A DNA stretch of 24,000 nucleotides from Candidatus Acidiferrales bacterium (GCA_035279845.1 DATEGW010000189.1:1-24000); one strand, 5' to 3'; positions 7,999-16,930 are shown, counted from the stretch's first letter. Notes: a model not told the origin generated them from the sequence alone. Program-made: numbers and translations.

Positions 7999-10041
7999 CT
8001 ATTTTCGATGATCAAAGTCGTTCGAAGGAAGCTGCACGGAAAGAAATCTCCGCCGTCCCCTACGTAAATTGTCGTAGCGTGCGAGTGCGTAGAGCGGAAA
8101 CGAGTTACGGTATAGATGGTATTTGAGGTAGAACACCCTCGGGAAACCTGTACCCGTAAATTCAGTTTCGTCCCAACTGCCATCAGCATTTTGGTGTTCG
8201 GCGAGCCAAGCGACTGCGCGTTCGACAGCCAGATCATTTGGCCCAACGACGGCAAGCAGGCCAATCAGCCCCCAGGCCGTTTGCGAAGGGGTGCTCGCGC
8301 CTTTTGCCTTAAGCTCAGCGTTTTCATATGAGGCGGCAGTCTCGCCAAAGCCACCATCGGGATTTTGCACGGAGCGCAGCCAATCGGCCGCGCGCTTGCA
8401 TTGGTCCGTCGTCGAGAGACCGATTTGCTCGAGCGCTCGCAAAACACCGCTTGTCCCATAAATATAATTCACGCCCCAGCGGCCGAACCAGGAACCATCC
8501 GAAGCCTGATCCCTATCGAGAAAGTTGCGAGCACGCTCGACTACTGGATGGTTTGCAGACCACCCCATGTGGCCGAGGGACTCCAAGACCCGCGCAGTAA
8601 CATCAGCCGTCGAGGGATCAAGCATCGCATTGTGGTCTGCGAACGGAATATTGTTCAGAAACTGCACATTATTTTCGTGATCGAAGGCGCCCCAGCCCCC
8701 GTCACGGTTCTGCATGCTAAGGAGCCAGTCGACGCCGCGACGGATGGCGCCGCGAAGTCTTTCTTCTTCAGGAAGCGCAACGCGGCACAATCCCATGAGA
8801 ACAAATGCGGTGTCGTCCACGTCGGGATAGTCATCGTTGCGAAATTCGAATGCCCACCCGCCAGGCGCGCCTTTGCGGTTTTTCACCTGCCAGTCGCCGC
8901 CGCCCAACACTTGGTTTTCGAGCAGCCAGCGAGTCGCTTTGACGAGAGAAGGATGCGCGGGATCTAATCCGGCCTCTTCCATCGCGACCAAGGCGATGGC
9001 CGTGTCCCAAACGGGCGAAATGCACGGCTGGACGCGGAGCGTCTCATCATCTTCGATTTCATAGCGCTCGAGATAGCCGATTTCCCGCGAGACCAAAGGA
9101 TCCGTTGTGTCGCTTCCTTCCGCGAGCAAAGCGTAGATCGAATTCATCATCGCGGGGTAGATGGTACCGAGCCCTTCTGCGCGTTCGAGCCGCTCGACCA
9201 TCCATTTGTGCGCACGATTCAGCGCCGTCTTGCGAAAAGGTTTCCAAGGCAGGCGCTCATAGCCCTTCAGCGCGCGATCAAGCGCGATGAAAGCGTTGCG
9301 CCATGAGATTCCTGAACCGTTGCGGCAAAGCGAAGGTGGCCTGGCACCTGGAGTTCTGAAAAGTTCCTGGACCGTAATGCCATTTGGAAGCGGCCAAGTG
9401 GGCTTGCGTGCGTAAATAATCGTCATTGGAATCACGATGGCGCGAGTCCAAGACGACATTTCGTAGATGTTGAGGGGTAGCCACAGCGGGAGCAACATCA
9501 ATTCTGGCGCGATCGCGGGCGCGTAGCTCCAATCGATAGCACCGAACATCGCCAAATAGAAGCGAACGTATGAATTTGTCGCTTCAAGGCCGCCCAACTC
9601 GTGGATTTTTGCTTTTGCCCGGAGAAGATGCGTAGCCGAGGTGGCATCGCCAGCGAGCCGAAGCGCAACGTAAGCCTTTACAGTGGCATTAAGTTCCGCG
9701 GGACCACTTGGGAATAGCGGCCAACCGCCATCTGGAAGTTGGCGCTGGCGAATGTAGTTCGCCAATTTGGCAGTTTTCTCGGAATCGAGCTTACCGAGCG
9801 CGTGGAGATAAGGAATGTAGTCAGATTCCAGGGTGGTGTCGGCTTCAAGTTCGCCCCACCAGTAGCCGTCCTCGGCTTGGGCGGAAAGAAGCCAGCGCAG
9901 CCCGCGCTCTACAGCATCTTCGACACGAAAGTGTCTTTCGCGGGCCGGAGCAGTACCAAAAGCGGATACGCCAGCGTTACTAGCGTCCGCACGAAGTGTA
10001 GACTCCGGCGTCATGACTCCCTCAGGTGCCCGTTCAAACAA
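7999..10041 (-). CDS. shc: Squalene-hopene cyclase.
   Basis: Contains the DVDDTA catalytic motif (DxDD) and multiple QW repeats (QAEDGYWWGE, QLPDGGWP, QNRDGGWGAF, QASDGSWFGRWG, QNPDGGFGE, QNADGSWDE). The track start at 10041 is a TTG. An ATG at 10013 (MTPEST), preceded by GAGGGAG, is at least as likely. Confidence 0.95.
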   Translation of the reverse strand: MFERAPEGVMTPESTLRADASNAGVSAFGTAPARERHFRVEDAVERGLRWLLSAQAEDGYWWGELEADTTLESDYIPYLHALGKLDSEKTAKLANYIRQRQLPDGGWPLFPSGPAELNATVKAYVALRLAGDATSATHLLRAKAKIHELGGLEATNSYVRFYLAMFGAIDWSYAPAIAPELMLLPLWLPLNIYEMSSWTRAIVIPMTIIYARKPTWPLPNGITVQELFRTPGARPPSLCRNGSGISWRNAFIALDRALKGYERLPWKPFRKTALNRAHKWMVERLERAEGLGTIYPAMMNSIYALLAEGSDTTDPLVSREIGYLERYEIEDDETLRVQPCISPVWDTAIALVAMEEAGLDPAHPSLVKATRWLLENQVLGGGDWQVKNRKGAPGGWAFEFRNDDYPDVDDTAFVLMGLCRVALPEEERLRGAIRRGVDWLLSMQNRDGGWGAFDHENNVQFLNNIPFADHNAMLDPSTADVTARVLESLGHMGWSANHPVVERARNFLDRDQASDGSWFGRWGVNYIYGTSGVLRALEQIGLSTTDQCKRAADWLRSVQNPDGGFGETAASYENAELKAKGASTPSQTAWGLIGLLAVVGPNDLAVERAVAWLAEHQNADGSWDETEFTGTGFPRVFYLKYHLYRNSFPLYALARYDNLRRGRRRFLSVQLPSNDFDHRK

Positions 10042-10180
10042 ACACTCTCAGGGGCTACTCAACCGCCGCCCCAGACGGTTGCAAAGGGTGGGCCGGATGG
10101 CACGGCCTCCTAAGCAAAATAGGTTTTAGATCGAGGCTTTCGCCCCAATCCCATACGTTCCAGTCACTTACGTTAAAGTC

Positions 10181-10209
10181 ATTATCTTAGGTACTCAGGG
10201 GGGGGTCAA
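10181..10209 (-). promoter_or_regulatory. Sigma70-like promoter candidate for the shc-hpnH-hpnA-hpnG unit.
   Basis: The minus strand reads TTGACC (10209-10204), a 17-nt spacer, then GATAAT (10186-10181). This lies immediately downstream of the lpxD terminator-like hairpin and about 130-160 nt upstream of the shc start. Confidence 0.45.
10198..10205. repeat. G8/C8 homopolymer tract.
   Basis: A direct count gives eight consecutive G on the plus strand. On the minus strand this C8 run covers the last two bases of the candidate -35 hexamer and the first six bases of the spacer. Confidence 0.9.
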
Positions 10210-10210
10210 T

Positions 10211-10260
10211 CAAAAAATGCCTCTAGGCTGCCTCCTGGGCGGAGGTATTGTCGCTGAGGC
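10211..10260 (-). terminator. Putative intrinsic terminator downstream of lpxD.
   Basis: The minus-strand RNA after the lpxD stop reads GCCUC...CCUCC-GCCCA-GGAGG...GAGGC-AUUUUUUG. There is an inner 5-bp hairpin and an outer 5-bp stem that abuts a U6 tract. The structure is branched rather than a clean hairpin. Confidence 0.4.
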
Positions 10261-10268
10261 CGCCTGTC

Positions 10269-11309
10269 TCATTTATCCGGCGGACTTCCGACGGACTTCT
10301 CGATCGCATCTTCGACCGCTTGGAGGCGGCGGGCCAATCCGGGGAGGCGGGCAAACCAGGCATGCTGCTCCTTGAATTTTTCAAGCGAGCGAGCTGGTGT
10401 TCCCCAAACGACTTGGCCGCTCCGGATGACCTTCCCGGGCAGAATACCGGCTTGGCCACCGATTACGGCATTGTCTTCGACGATGGCGTGATCGCCAAAG
10501 CCCGCTTGGCCTGCGACCACGACCCCTTTGCCCAATTTCGTGCTGCCAGAGATGCCGACCTGTGAAACGAGGATCGAGTGTTCACCGATTTCGACGTTAT
10601 GGCCGACCTGGACGAGATTATCAATCTTTGTGTCCGATTTTATATGCGTTAAGCCGAGCGAACCGCGGTCAATTGTGGTGTTAGAGCCAATCTCCACGTC
10701 GTCATCTATGATGACTTTGCCGACTTGCGGAAATTTCCATTGGCGACCTTCGCCGAAAACATAACCAAAACCATCCCCGCCAATCACCACACCGCTGTGC
10801 AGCTCGACACGATTTCCCAATACAGACTGCGGATAGAGCGTCACGTGGGGATGCAACCGGCACTTTGCACCAATGCGGCTTCCCTTCCCAACGAAGCAGA
10901 AGGGCTCGATCCATGTGTCAGCCCCGATAACGACATCGTCTTCGATGACGACATATGCACCGATTGTGGCGGCCTTCGCTACCTGCACACCTGCGCCAAT
11001 GACAGCCGTCGAATGAGTTGAGGCGCTCGGCCAAAAAGGCGGCGCCAACCATGCGGCGGCCTTTGCGAAGGCGAGTTTTGGATTTGTCGTCTTAAGAATT
11101 GTCTTGGGAGCGAAGACAGCGTCCGGCGGCGCGAGTACACATATGGCGCGTGAGCTTTCCACGCGCTTAGACTGGCGCACGGAATCGGCATAGATCAGAT
11201 CTTCGGCACCGGCATCTTCCGGATTCGCGACGCCCGATAGCGGCACGTTCGGATCACCTTGCAATTCCGCGCCGAGATATTGAGCGAGCTCAGCGGCTTT
11301 GCGTGTCAT
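10269..11309 (-). CDS. lpxD: UDP-3-O-acylglucosamine N-acyltransferase.
   Basis: 346 aa. The N-terminal domain is LpxD-type ([38 protein letters not shown]). It is followed by a long left-handed beta-helix of hexapeptide repeats (for example [38 protein letters not shown]). Confidence 0.9.
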   Translation of the reverse strand: MTRKAAELAQYLGAELQGDPNVPLSGVANPEDAGAEDLIYADSVRQSKRVESSRAICVLAPPDAVFAPKTILKTTNPKLAFAKAAAWLAPPFWPSASTHSTAVIGAGVQVAKAATIGAYVVIEDDVVIGADTWIEPFCFVGKGSRIGAKCRLHPHVTLYPQSVLGNRVELHSGVVIGGDGFGYVFGEGRQWKFPQVGKVIIDDDVEIGSNTTIDRGSLGLTHIKSDTKIDNLVQVGHNVEIGEHSILVSQVGISGSTKLGKGVVVAGQAGFGDHAIVEDNAVIGGQAGILPGKVIRSGQVVWGTPARSLEKFKEQHAWFARLPGLARRLQAVEDAIEKSVGSPPDK

Positions 11310-11367
11310 TCCTCACCTCTTTCGAATCGAAATGGAGCGAATCGGACGAGTACCTTTTCTGTGCACA

Positions 11368-12273
11368 CTAGAACGAATAGATCGGCTGCTCACCCGGCGG
11401 ACGCGTCTTCCATCGCTTGTGAACCCAGAGCCATTGATCCGGATGCGCACGGACATAATCTTCGATTACGCGCGTGAAACGTTGCGTGTTTTCGCGCACA
11501 TCGGCCTCTTCATCGGAAGTGCGTGAAAGCTCGACAGCAGGCTCGAAGGATAGGCGATATTTGCGGCGCTCGCAGTCCCATGAGAGGAAGCCTGGAACAA
11601 CGGCCGCATCGGTTCGAAGGGCCAGGCGCGCGAGGCCGGATGTAGTGGAGGCCGGAATGCCGAAGAAATCAACGAAAACGCCCTCTTCGAGAGAGGTATT
11701 GTGGTCCGAAAGAACACCGACGGTGCCGCCTTCGGAAAGTACACGGAGAACGGCTCGTGCGGACCGATTTTTCTCGATCGGTCGATTACCAGAGAGGCAG
11801 CGGTAATGGTTGATGAGCGCGTCGACTTTCGCATTGGCAATCGGCCGCACGATAAAGTGCAACGGATTGCCGTAAAGAGCTTGCGCAAAGGGGGCGAGTT
11901 CCCATGCGCTCATATGTCCAGTGAGAAAGAGCACACCTTTGCCTCGGCGTCGGGCGGCTTCGAAATTTTCGTAGCCATCAAGAATAACAATGCGCTTTAT
12001 ATTGGCGCGTGTGTATTTTGGAAACTGAGAAAATTCGCCTGCCATCCAACCGATCTGCTGAATCATGTGGAGAACGGCGCGCTTGCGTTCTTTGTCAGTC
12101 CACTGCGGAAACGCGAGCTGCAAATTGAAGATGGAGGCGCGACGCAAGGGCGGGCGCAGATAGTACGCAGCAGCAGCGCTTGTCGCTCCTACGAAACGGG
12201 CTGCGGAGCGCGGCAGAAGCCCAAGAAATTTGAGGCCTGCCCATGCAGCGGCATATTCGAGAGTCTCGCGCAT
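11368..12273 (-). CDS. Lipid A late acyltransferase family protein (LpxL/HtrB-like, Lip_A_acyltrans).
   Basis: 301 aa with an ATG start. Contains the LTGHMSAWEL (Hx4E) acyltransferase motif. Length and overall pattern match LpxL/LpxM-type enzymes. It lies 58 nt upstream of lpxD on the same strand. Confidence 0.8.
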   Translation of the reverse strand: MRETLEYAAAWAGLKFLGLLPRSAARFVGATSAAAAYYLRPPLRRASIFNLQLAFPQWTDKERKRAVLHMIQQIGWMAGEFSQFPKYTRANIKRIVILDGYENFEAARRRGKGVLFLTGHMSAWELAPFAQALYGNPLHFIVRPIANAKVDALINHYRCLSGNRPIEKNRSARAVLRVLSEGGTVGVLSDHNTSLEEGVFVDFFGIPASTTSGLARLALRTDAAVVPGFLSWDCERRKYRLSFEPAVELSRTSDEEADVRENTQRFTRVIEDYVRAHPDQWLWVHKRWKTRPPGEQPIYSF

Positions 12274-12336
12274 CGCGAGCCATTATGCGGGAGGCTGCCG
12301 CACGATGCCAGCACGCCGAGTGCTAAACTATCAGGT

Positions 12337-14094
12337 TTGAAACTAAGAGAAAAATCTGAGAGACGCAGCCTGCTGCCTTTCGTGTGTGTTGGTCTGGCAG
12401 TGGCAATTTCCTTGTTTGGGCAGCTTGGGGCGATTGGACTGACCGGGCCGGACGAGCCGCGGTACGTGTGGATCGCGCGGGCGATGGCGCGAACGGGCGA
12501 TTGGGTAACGCCACGACTTTACGGCCAGCCGTGGTTTGAAAAGCCTATTCTCTACTATTGGGCGGCGGCCGTTGGATTCCGACTAAATCTTCCAGCTGAG
12601 TGGGCGGCGCGGCTGCCTTCGGCGTTTGCGGCGCTTGCAAGCGCGATGGCGATCGCGTGGCTCGCGCGGCGCTTTTACGGAAGCAATGAAAGTTGGGACA
12701 GGAATCCGACGCTGATTGCGCCCCTGATTTTTGCGACGAGCGTGGCGGGAATCGCATTCGCGCGTGCCGCGACACCGGACATGCTGTTCAGCGCTTGCAT
12801 CGTGCTTGCGATGGCTTGCGCGGGGGGCCTGCTTTGGAGGGCCGGCGTGCTCCGCCGAAGCGTCGAGATCAGCGCCGCTCTCCCAGCATTAACAAGCACT
12901 AGCCACGAAACAGGCCAGCAAGCAGCGCTCTCACCGAACGCTAGGGGAAAACGACACCTGCCGCTATTGGTGATGTTGGGCATTTTTTTAGGCGCGGGGA
13001 CGCTGGCAAAGGGGCCGGCTGCCGTGATTCTTGCTGGCGGCGCGGTTTTGCTCTGGGCACTGGCGACGCGGCGCTGGCGCGAGGCGGTGCGGCTGTTGCA
13101 TCCGGCTGCGATTGCGGCGTTCTGTATCGTGGCGCTACCGTGGTATGTAATTTGTGCGTTACGAAACCCAGATTTTCTGCGCGTCTTCATCCTGCAGCAC
13201 AATTTCGAGCGGTACTTAACGCCGATGTTTCAGCACAAGCAGCCCTTCTGGTTTTTCGGGCCAATATTCGTGGCGGCGCTGCTGCCGTGGACAATTTTGC
13301 TTTGGCCCGCCACGCAGGAAGGGTTACGGACATGGCGAGAAAAAGCGTGGATCTATTCGCCGGGATTCTTTTTTGCGTGCTGGACGGTGTTTCCGATTTT
13401 ATTTTTTAGTGCCTCGGAGTCGAAGCTGCCGAGCTACATTTTGCCGGCAATTGCACCCGCAGCGCTCTTATGCGCGGTGGCGGGCATTCGCGCATTCGAC
13501 CGAGCGCAACAGTCTGCCCGAGTTGTTGCCTTTGGACTAGCGGGCACATGGGCCGCACTCGCGATCGCGGCGCTTTTCTACTTGCGGCGGATTGACTGGC
13601 ACGCGGATGACCCTTTTGCGACGTCAAATACCGCACCCACTAAAATCTACTTTGGACTAGCGCTGCTTTTCGCTGCCGCGGCGGCGATGGCAATTTTTGG
13701 GCTGCGCAGGAATGCGCGATGGACAATTGGACTCTGCGCGCTTTGTCTCGTGGGAGGCGTGGAGGCAGCGAACACCGTCGCGTTGCCGCTTGTCGAGGGC
13801 CGCTATTCGGCGCGGCCTTACGCGGAATTTTTAAAGAACGATCCTCATCCCGACCGGATCTTTACATATCAGTTGCCGCGGGCCTGGAATTACGGATTGG
13901 ATTTCTATTTCGGCCGTGAGCTGCCCGAGTGGTCCCCGAACGATCCGGATCCTGCGTTTGTATTGGCAACACAGAACGGCCTCGCGGAAATTCGCAAGCT
14001 GGGACGTTCCAGCGGCACGCTGGATCTAACGCAAGGCGGACAGCAAAGTCTCGTCTATGTGCCGGTGAATGCCGCCCCTCGAACGCAGCATTAG
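12337..14094 (+). CDS. ArnT/PMT_2-like (GT39/GT83-type) polyprenyl-phosphate-sugar dependent membrane glycosyltransferase.
   Basis: Contains GPDEPRYVWIARAMARTGDWVTPRLYGQPWFEKPILYYW, which matches the ArnT-family first periplasmic loop, and many hydrophobic helices. The track ORF begins at 11701, but its first ~190 codons are antisense to the LpxL-like gene. I place the start at the in-frame TTG 12337 (KLREKSERRS precedes TM1, consistent with the positive-inside rule). GTG 12382 is an alternative. Confidence 0.8.
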   Translation: MKLREKSERRSLLPFVCVGLAVAISLFGQLGAIGLTGPDEPRYVWIARAMARTGDWVTPRLYGQPWFEKPILYYWAAAVGFRLNLPAEWAARLPSAFAALASAMAIAWLARRFYGSNESWDRNPTLIAPLIFATSVAGIAFARAATPDMLFSACIVLAMACAGGLLWRAGVLRRSVEISAALPALTSTSHETGQQAALSPNARGKRHLPLLVMLGIFLGAGTLAKGPAAVILAGGAVLLWALATRRWREAVRLLHPAAIAAFCIVALPWYVICALRNPDFLRVFILQHNFERYLTPMFQHKQPFWFFGPIFVAALLPWTILLWPATQEGLRTWREKAWIYSPGFFFACWTVFPILFFSASESKLPSYILPAIAPAALLCAVAGIRAFDRAQQSARVVAFGLAGTWAALAIAALFYLRRIDWHADDPFATSNTAPTKIYFGLALLFAAAAAMAIFGLRRNARWTIGLCALCLVGGVEAANTVALPLVEGRYSARPYAEFLKNDPHPDRIFTYQLPRAWNYGLDFYFGRELPEWSPNDPDPAFVLATQNGLAEIRKLGRSSGTLDLTQGGQQSLVYVPVNAAPRTQH

Positions 14095-14125
14095 CGGCTT
14101 CGTTTTTGGCACACTCGATCTGAAC

Positions 14126-15970
14126 CTAATTCGGGAATTTCATTTGCTTTACTAACTGCGCGAACTGTGGCTGTTCGTGAAGCGAGTCGAACCAAGGGCT
14201 CGCCTTGAGATCGACGAGGTGTGGATCGTGTTGCTCATACGCTCGTTGGAGCCAATTCAACGCGTCCGCAGTGTCACCGGAGCTGGCGTAGACGATCGCG
14301 TACCAATAGGGAGGCACGTATCCGCTCTGATCGAGACGGCGCAGCTCCCCCAACTGCCGTGTGGCGAGCGAGTTCCTTCCCCATCGCGCGTACGCTGCAC
14401 CAAGAAGGGCGTTCGCGTGCGGACTGTCTCGCTTTGTTGCAGCAGCATCTTCAAACTCGCGGACGGCTTGTGCGTATTCCCCCTGAAAAAGAAACGCCGT
14501 ACCCAAGGCTTCGTGCCCCGGAACACTGGTGGGATTCAGGGCGAGCATCTGATTGGCCTGGTCGATTGCCTGACTATATTGATGCGCATTGATCCAGATA
14601 ATGGCCGCTCTGTGATAGACAGGAATCGAAAGAGGATCGATATCGTGCGCTTCGCGGATTTGCTGGACCGCATCGTCAACGTCCGACTCACTGGAAAGAA
14701 GCGCGGCGTATAAACGGTGAGTGCGTTCGACGCCGGGGTTCAACGCAAGTGCACGCCGAAACTCTGTTTCGCTCGCCGACCAGTCCCAGTCGCCGTAAAA
14801 CTCGGAAACCGCAAGTGCCGTATGCGGGTAAGGAATTATGCTATTCAATTCAACTGCTTTCGCCGCATAAGACTTGGCGCCTCGCATAGCAATTTCCGGC
14901 GGAATCGAGCCGGTATTCACGTAATAGTTCGCAAGGCCGGCGTAGGCCTCGGCGAAATTGGGCGCCGCGGCAACTGCCTGCCGAAAATAGCCGAGAGCGC
15001 GGGTTCGCGAATTTTCGGTCTGTTGGGAAAGACAATACAGGCCCTTCTCAAACGCCTCGAACGCCTGTGGGCTCACTTCTTGCTGCAATGCGAACGCCTG
15101 CTGGTCCTGGGGGGAAAGCTGCACTCCGGCTGCGCGAATAATTCCGCGAACGACCGAACGCGTGAGCAACGGAAAGTCGCGAAGCTGCTGCTGGTAAGAC
15201 TCGCTCCAAATTGTCGTTCCTCGCGAATCGACCAATTGAACGCTCACCTGAAGATCGTTATTTCCGATGTGTACAGCGCCCTTAGCGACCGCATCCACGT
15301 GAAGGTTGCGCGCGATCTGACGAATACTTGCACTCGCATTCGCATACGTCGCGACGGTTTCGGGTGGGGATACGGTAAGGTTTCGGATGGTGGAGAGTTT
15401 GGCGAATACGGCGTCAGTGACGGCGGCGCTAAGGTACTGCCCACCGAGACCGTCAACTGGATTGATGACGGCAAATGGAAGGACGGCCACAGATTCTATT
15501 CGACCACTCGCATGGCTAAAATGCCGCCACGAGAACGCGGCAATAAGAAGAACCACCATGGTGGCCGCCGCAATCCGGGGCCAACCCGAGAAATTGAATT
15601 TTCGTTTGGCCGGAGTTCGTCGATTGACCGGCGCTGCAAAACGATAGCCTTGTCTGGGCACGGTCTGAACGAAGCGAGGGCTGTCTGCCGTGTCCGACAG
15701 AGCACTTCGCAGACGGCTGATGGCGTTGTTTAGGCCGTTATCGAACTCGACGAACGTATCATCGGGCCAGAGACGCTGCCGCAACTCGGCCCTAGTAACC
15801 AACTGGCCTGGGTTCTCAATGAGGGCCAGAAGAACGTGAGCCTCTCGAGAACCGAGTTTGATTGCAATACCATTTTTGCGGAGTTCGCCGGATTGAAGAT
15901 CGATTTGAAAAGCACCAAATTCTATAATTTCCCGATTTGGAACGCTGGGCATCGGACCTACCCCCTTCAT
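14126..15970 (-). CDS. Membrane-anchored winged-helix (OmpR/CadC/ToxR-type) transcriptional regulator with a periplasmic TolB-N-like domain and TPR repeats.
   Basis: The N-terminus FGAFQIDLQSGELRKNG...LLALIENPGQLVTRAELRQRLW...VPRQGYRF is a trans_reg_C wHTH domain. A single TM helix follows (WPRIAAATMVVLLIAAFSW), then SVAVLPFAVINPVDG..., then TPR-like repeats. The track start at 16012 is a TTG that forms part of a promoter-like -35 box. Real start candidates are ATG 15970 and ATG 15952; the latter follows AAGGGGG by 8 nt. Confidence 0.85.
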   Translation of the reverse strand: MKGVGPMPSVPNREIIEFGAFQIDLQSGELRKNGIAIKLGSREAHVLLALIENPGQLVTRAELRQRLWPDDTFVEFDNGLNNAISRLRSALSDTADSPRFVQTVPRQGYRFAAPVNRRTPAKRKFNFSGWPRIAAATMVVLLIAAFSWRHFSHASGRIESVAVLPFAVINPVDGLGGQYLSAAVTDAVFAKLSTIRNLTVSPPETVATYANASASIRQIARNLHVDAVAKGAVHIGNNDLQVSVQLVDSRGTTIWSESYQQQLRDFPLLTRSVVRGIIRAAGVQLSPQDQQAFALQQEVSPQAFEAFEKGLYCLSQQTENSRTRALGYFRQAVAAAPNFAEAYAGLANYYVNTGSIPPEIAMRGAKSYAAKAVELNSIIPYPHTALAVSEFYGDWDWSASETEFRRALALNPGVERTHRLYAALLSSESDVDDAVQQIREAHDIDPLSIPVYHRAAIIWINAHQYSQAIDQANQMLALNPTSVPGHEALGTAFLFQGEYAQAVREFEDAAATKRDSPHANALLGAAYARWGRNSLATRQLGELRRLDQSGYVPPYWYAIVYASSGDTADALNWLQRAYEQHDPHLVDLKASPWFDSLHEQPQFAQLVKQMKFPN

Positions 15971-15983
15971 GTTCTGGGGAAGA

Positions 15984-16012
15984 GATATAGCACTGTGCGC
16001 TCCTATTGACAA
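15984..16012 (-). promoter_or_regulatory. Sigma70-like promoter candidate for the wHTH-TPR regulator.
   Basis: The minus strand reads TTGTCA (16012-16007), a 17-nt spacer, then TATATC (15989-15984). Adjacent upstream sequence is AT-rich. Confidence 0.35.
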
Positions 16013-16139
16013 TAAGTTTGTGTAATAAAGCCCGTCTTTTCATTGCGATAGAAGTAAAGCAAGAATTATTGACTAGGTATGGATGATTAATAGATCGTTA
16101 AGTTGTTTGCCGGGTACGTCCAGAAAGGCGAGGCCGGAT

Positions 16140-16930
16140 GCACACAACGATCGGCATTGTCGCTGGCTTGTTCTGACCGACGACCTTCGTTCGACCTCGA
16201 CGCACCACTACATGTACTCATCGAGGACGCACCCGCATTGGTCATGGCGTTCGCAAATCCGGCGGTGCATCAAGAAGACTCGTTAAATCCTCAGAGAGCC
16301 TCCGCTGAACGGCACTCCAAGCGAACCCATTGGACCTTCGTCGTTTCTCCGCTGACAACGCCTCGCTTCACGTGCCACGCCCCTTTTCTACCGAACAGAT
16401 CGTGGGTATGAGCAAGTCTCCGTAGCGCTCATGGAACGGCTCTTTCCTGGAGGCCAATGCCCTCCGCTGGGTACGGGGAGCTTTTGTTGAACGTCTTTTG
16501 GGTTTCGGAAGCCGATTGGCCAAAGAGGCGTACGGGTGGGGAATGTGGCATGGCCGAATCCGAAACGACCCTCGGATGTAAGCCAGCCTCAAGCATGAGT
16601 TTACGTGCGCATACGTCCCGATACGGTACGCCACATAGCCTGGTTAGCCTCAAAATTAACCCCTAACGGTGTCGAGTAAGCTGCTTGGAATCAAATACAT
16701 ACATTTAAAGAAAGAATTAAGACCCGTGTGATTGACGTTTGCGCGGGCAGAAGAGTATTTCCTCGTTTCTAGAAATAAATGGTTTCAATTGGTAACAAGC
16801 CTTTCTAGGCGGGTGGTTGCATGAAGGGCTGGATTGTCAGGGCAGAGTGAAGCGATGCGCTCCTGTGTCTGACGACCGTCTGCCTGCACGTTTCCCGTGG
16901 AATACCGGCGCAATCTCCTAAGTCAGGGAA
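16140..16930 (-). pseudogene. Possible degraded IS3-family transposase orfB (HTH + rve/DDE integrase) relic with several frameshifts, stops and an internal deletion.
   Basis: Matched by eye only. On the minus strand, collinear short matches to IS3/IS407-type OrfB landmarks appear across three frames. These are GIPRETCRQTVVRHRSAS (cf. SERRACR..G.SRS), GVPYRDVCARKLMLEAGL (cf. GV.R.V.RLMREEGL), SDS..PHSPPV (cf. TDS.H..PVA) and AEGIGLQERAV (cf. GEGWLYLAVV). They continue with PFHERYGD (cf. LFSRR.VGW), PFSGGSLR (cf. ESFNG/FFGSLK) and DEYM/W..E.ERRSSV (cf. ..YI.WYN..RPHSSL). No intact ORF is present. Confidence 0.33.

Noticed and set aside
10106-10160. An AGGAGG on the minus strand of the shc leader, followed by a GTG and a 14-codon ORF.
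   Set aside because: The GTG is only 2 nt from the SD-like sequence and the peptide is featureless. This is probably coincidental sequence within the 5' UTR.
11701-12336. An N-terminal extension of about 210 codons on the ArnT-like ORF in the track.
   Set aside because: It is antisense to the well-supported LpxL-like gene (11368-12273) and has no ArnT-like sequence. Family similarity and the first TM helix begin only after about 12340.
16083-16411. Plus-strand ORFs of 67 and 102 aa in the 1-kb gap.
   Set aside because: They have no recognisable motifs, no RBS and odd composition. The minus-strand IS-relic interpretation explains the region better, though only weakly.
16732-16775. TTGACG followed 17-18 nt later by GTATTT/TATTTC, plus a perfect 10-bp palindrome TTTCTAGAAA (16766-16775), upstream of the receptor gene.
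   Set aside because: The -10 match is poor. A 10-bp perfect palindrome is expected about twenty times by chance in 24 kb. I have no independent support for it being an operator.
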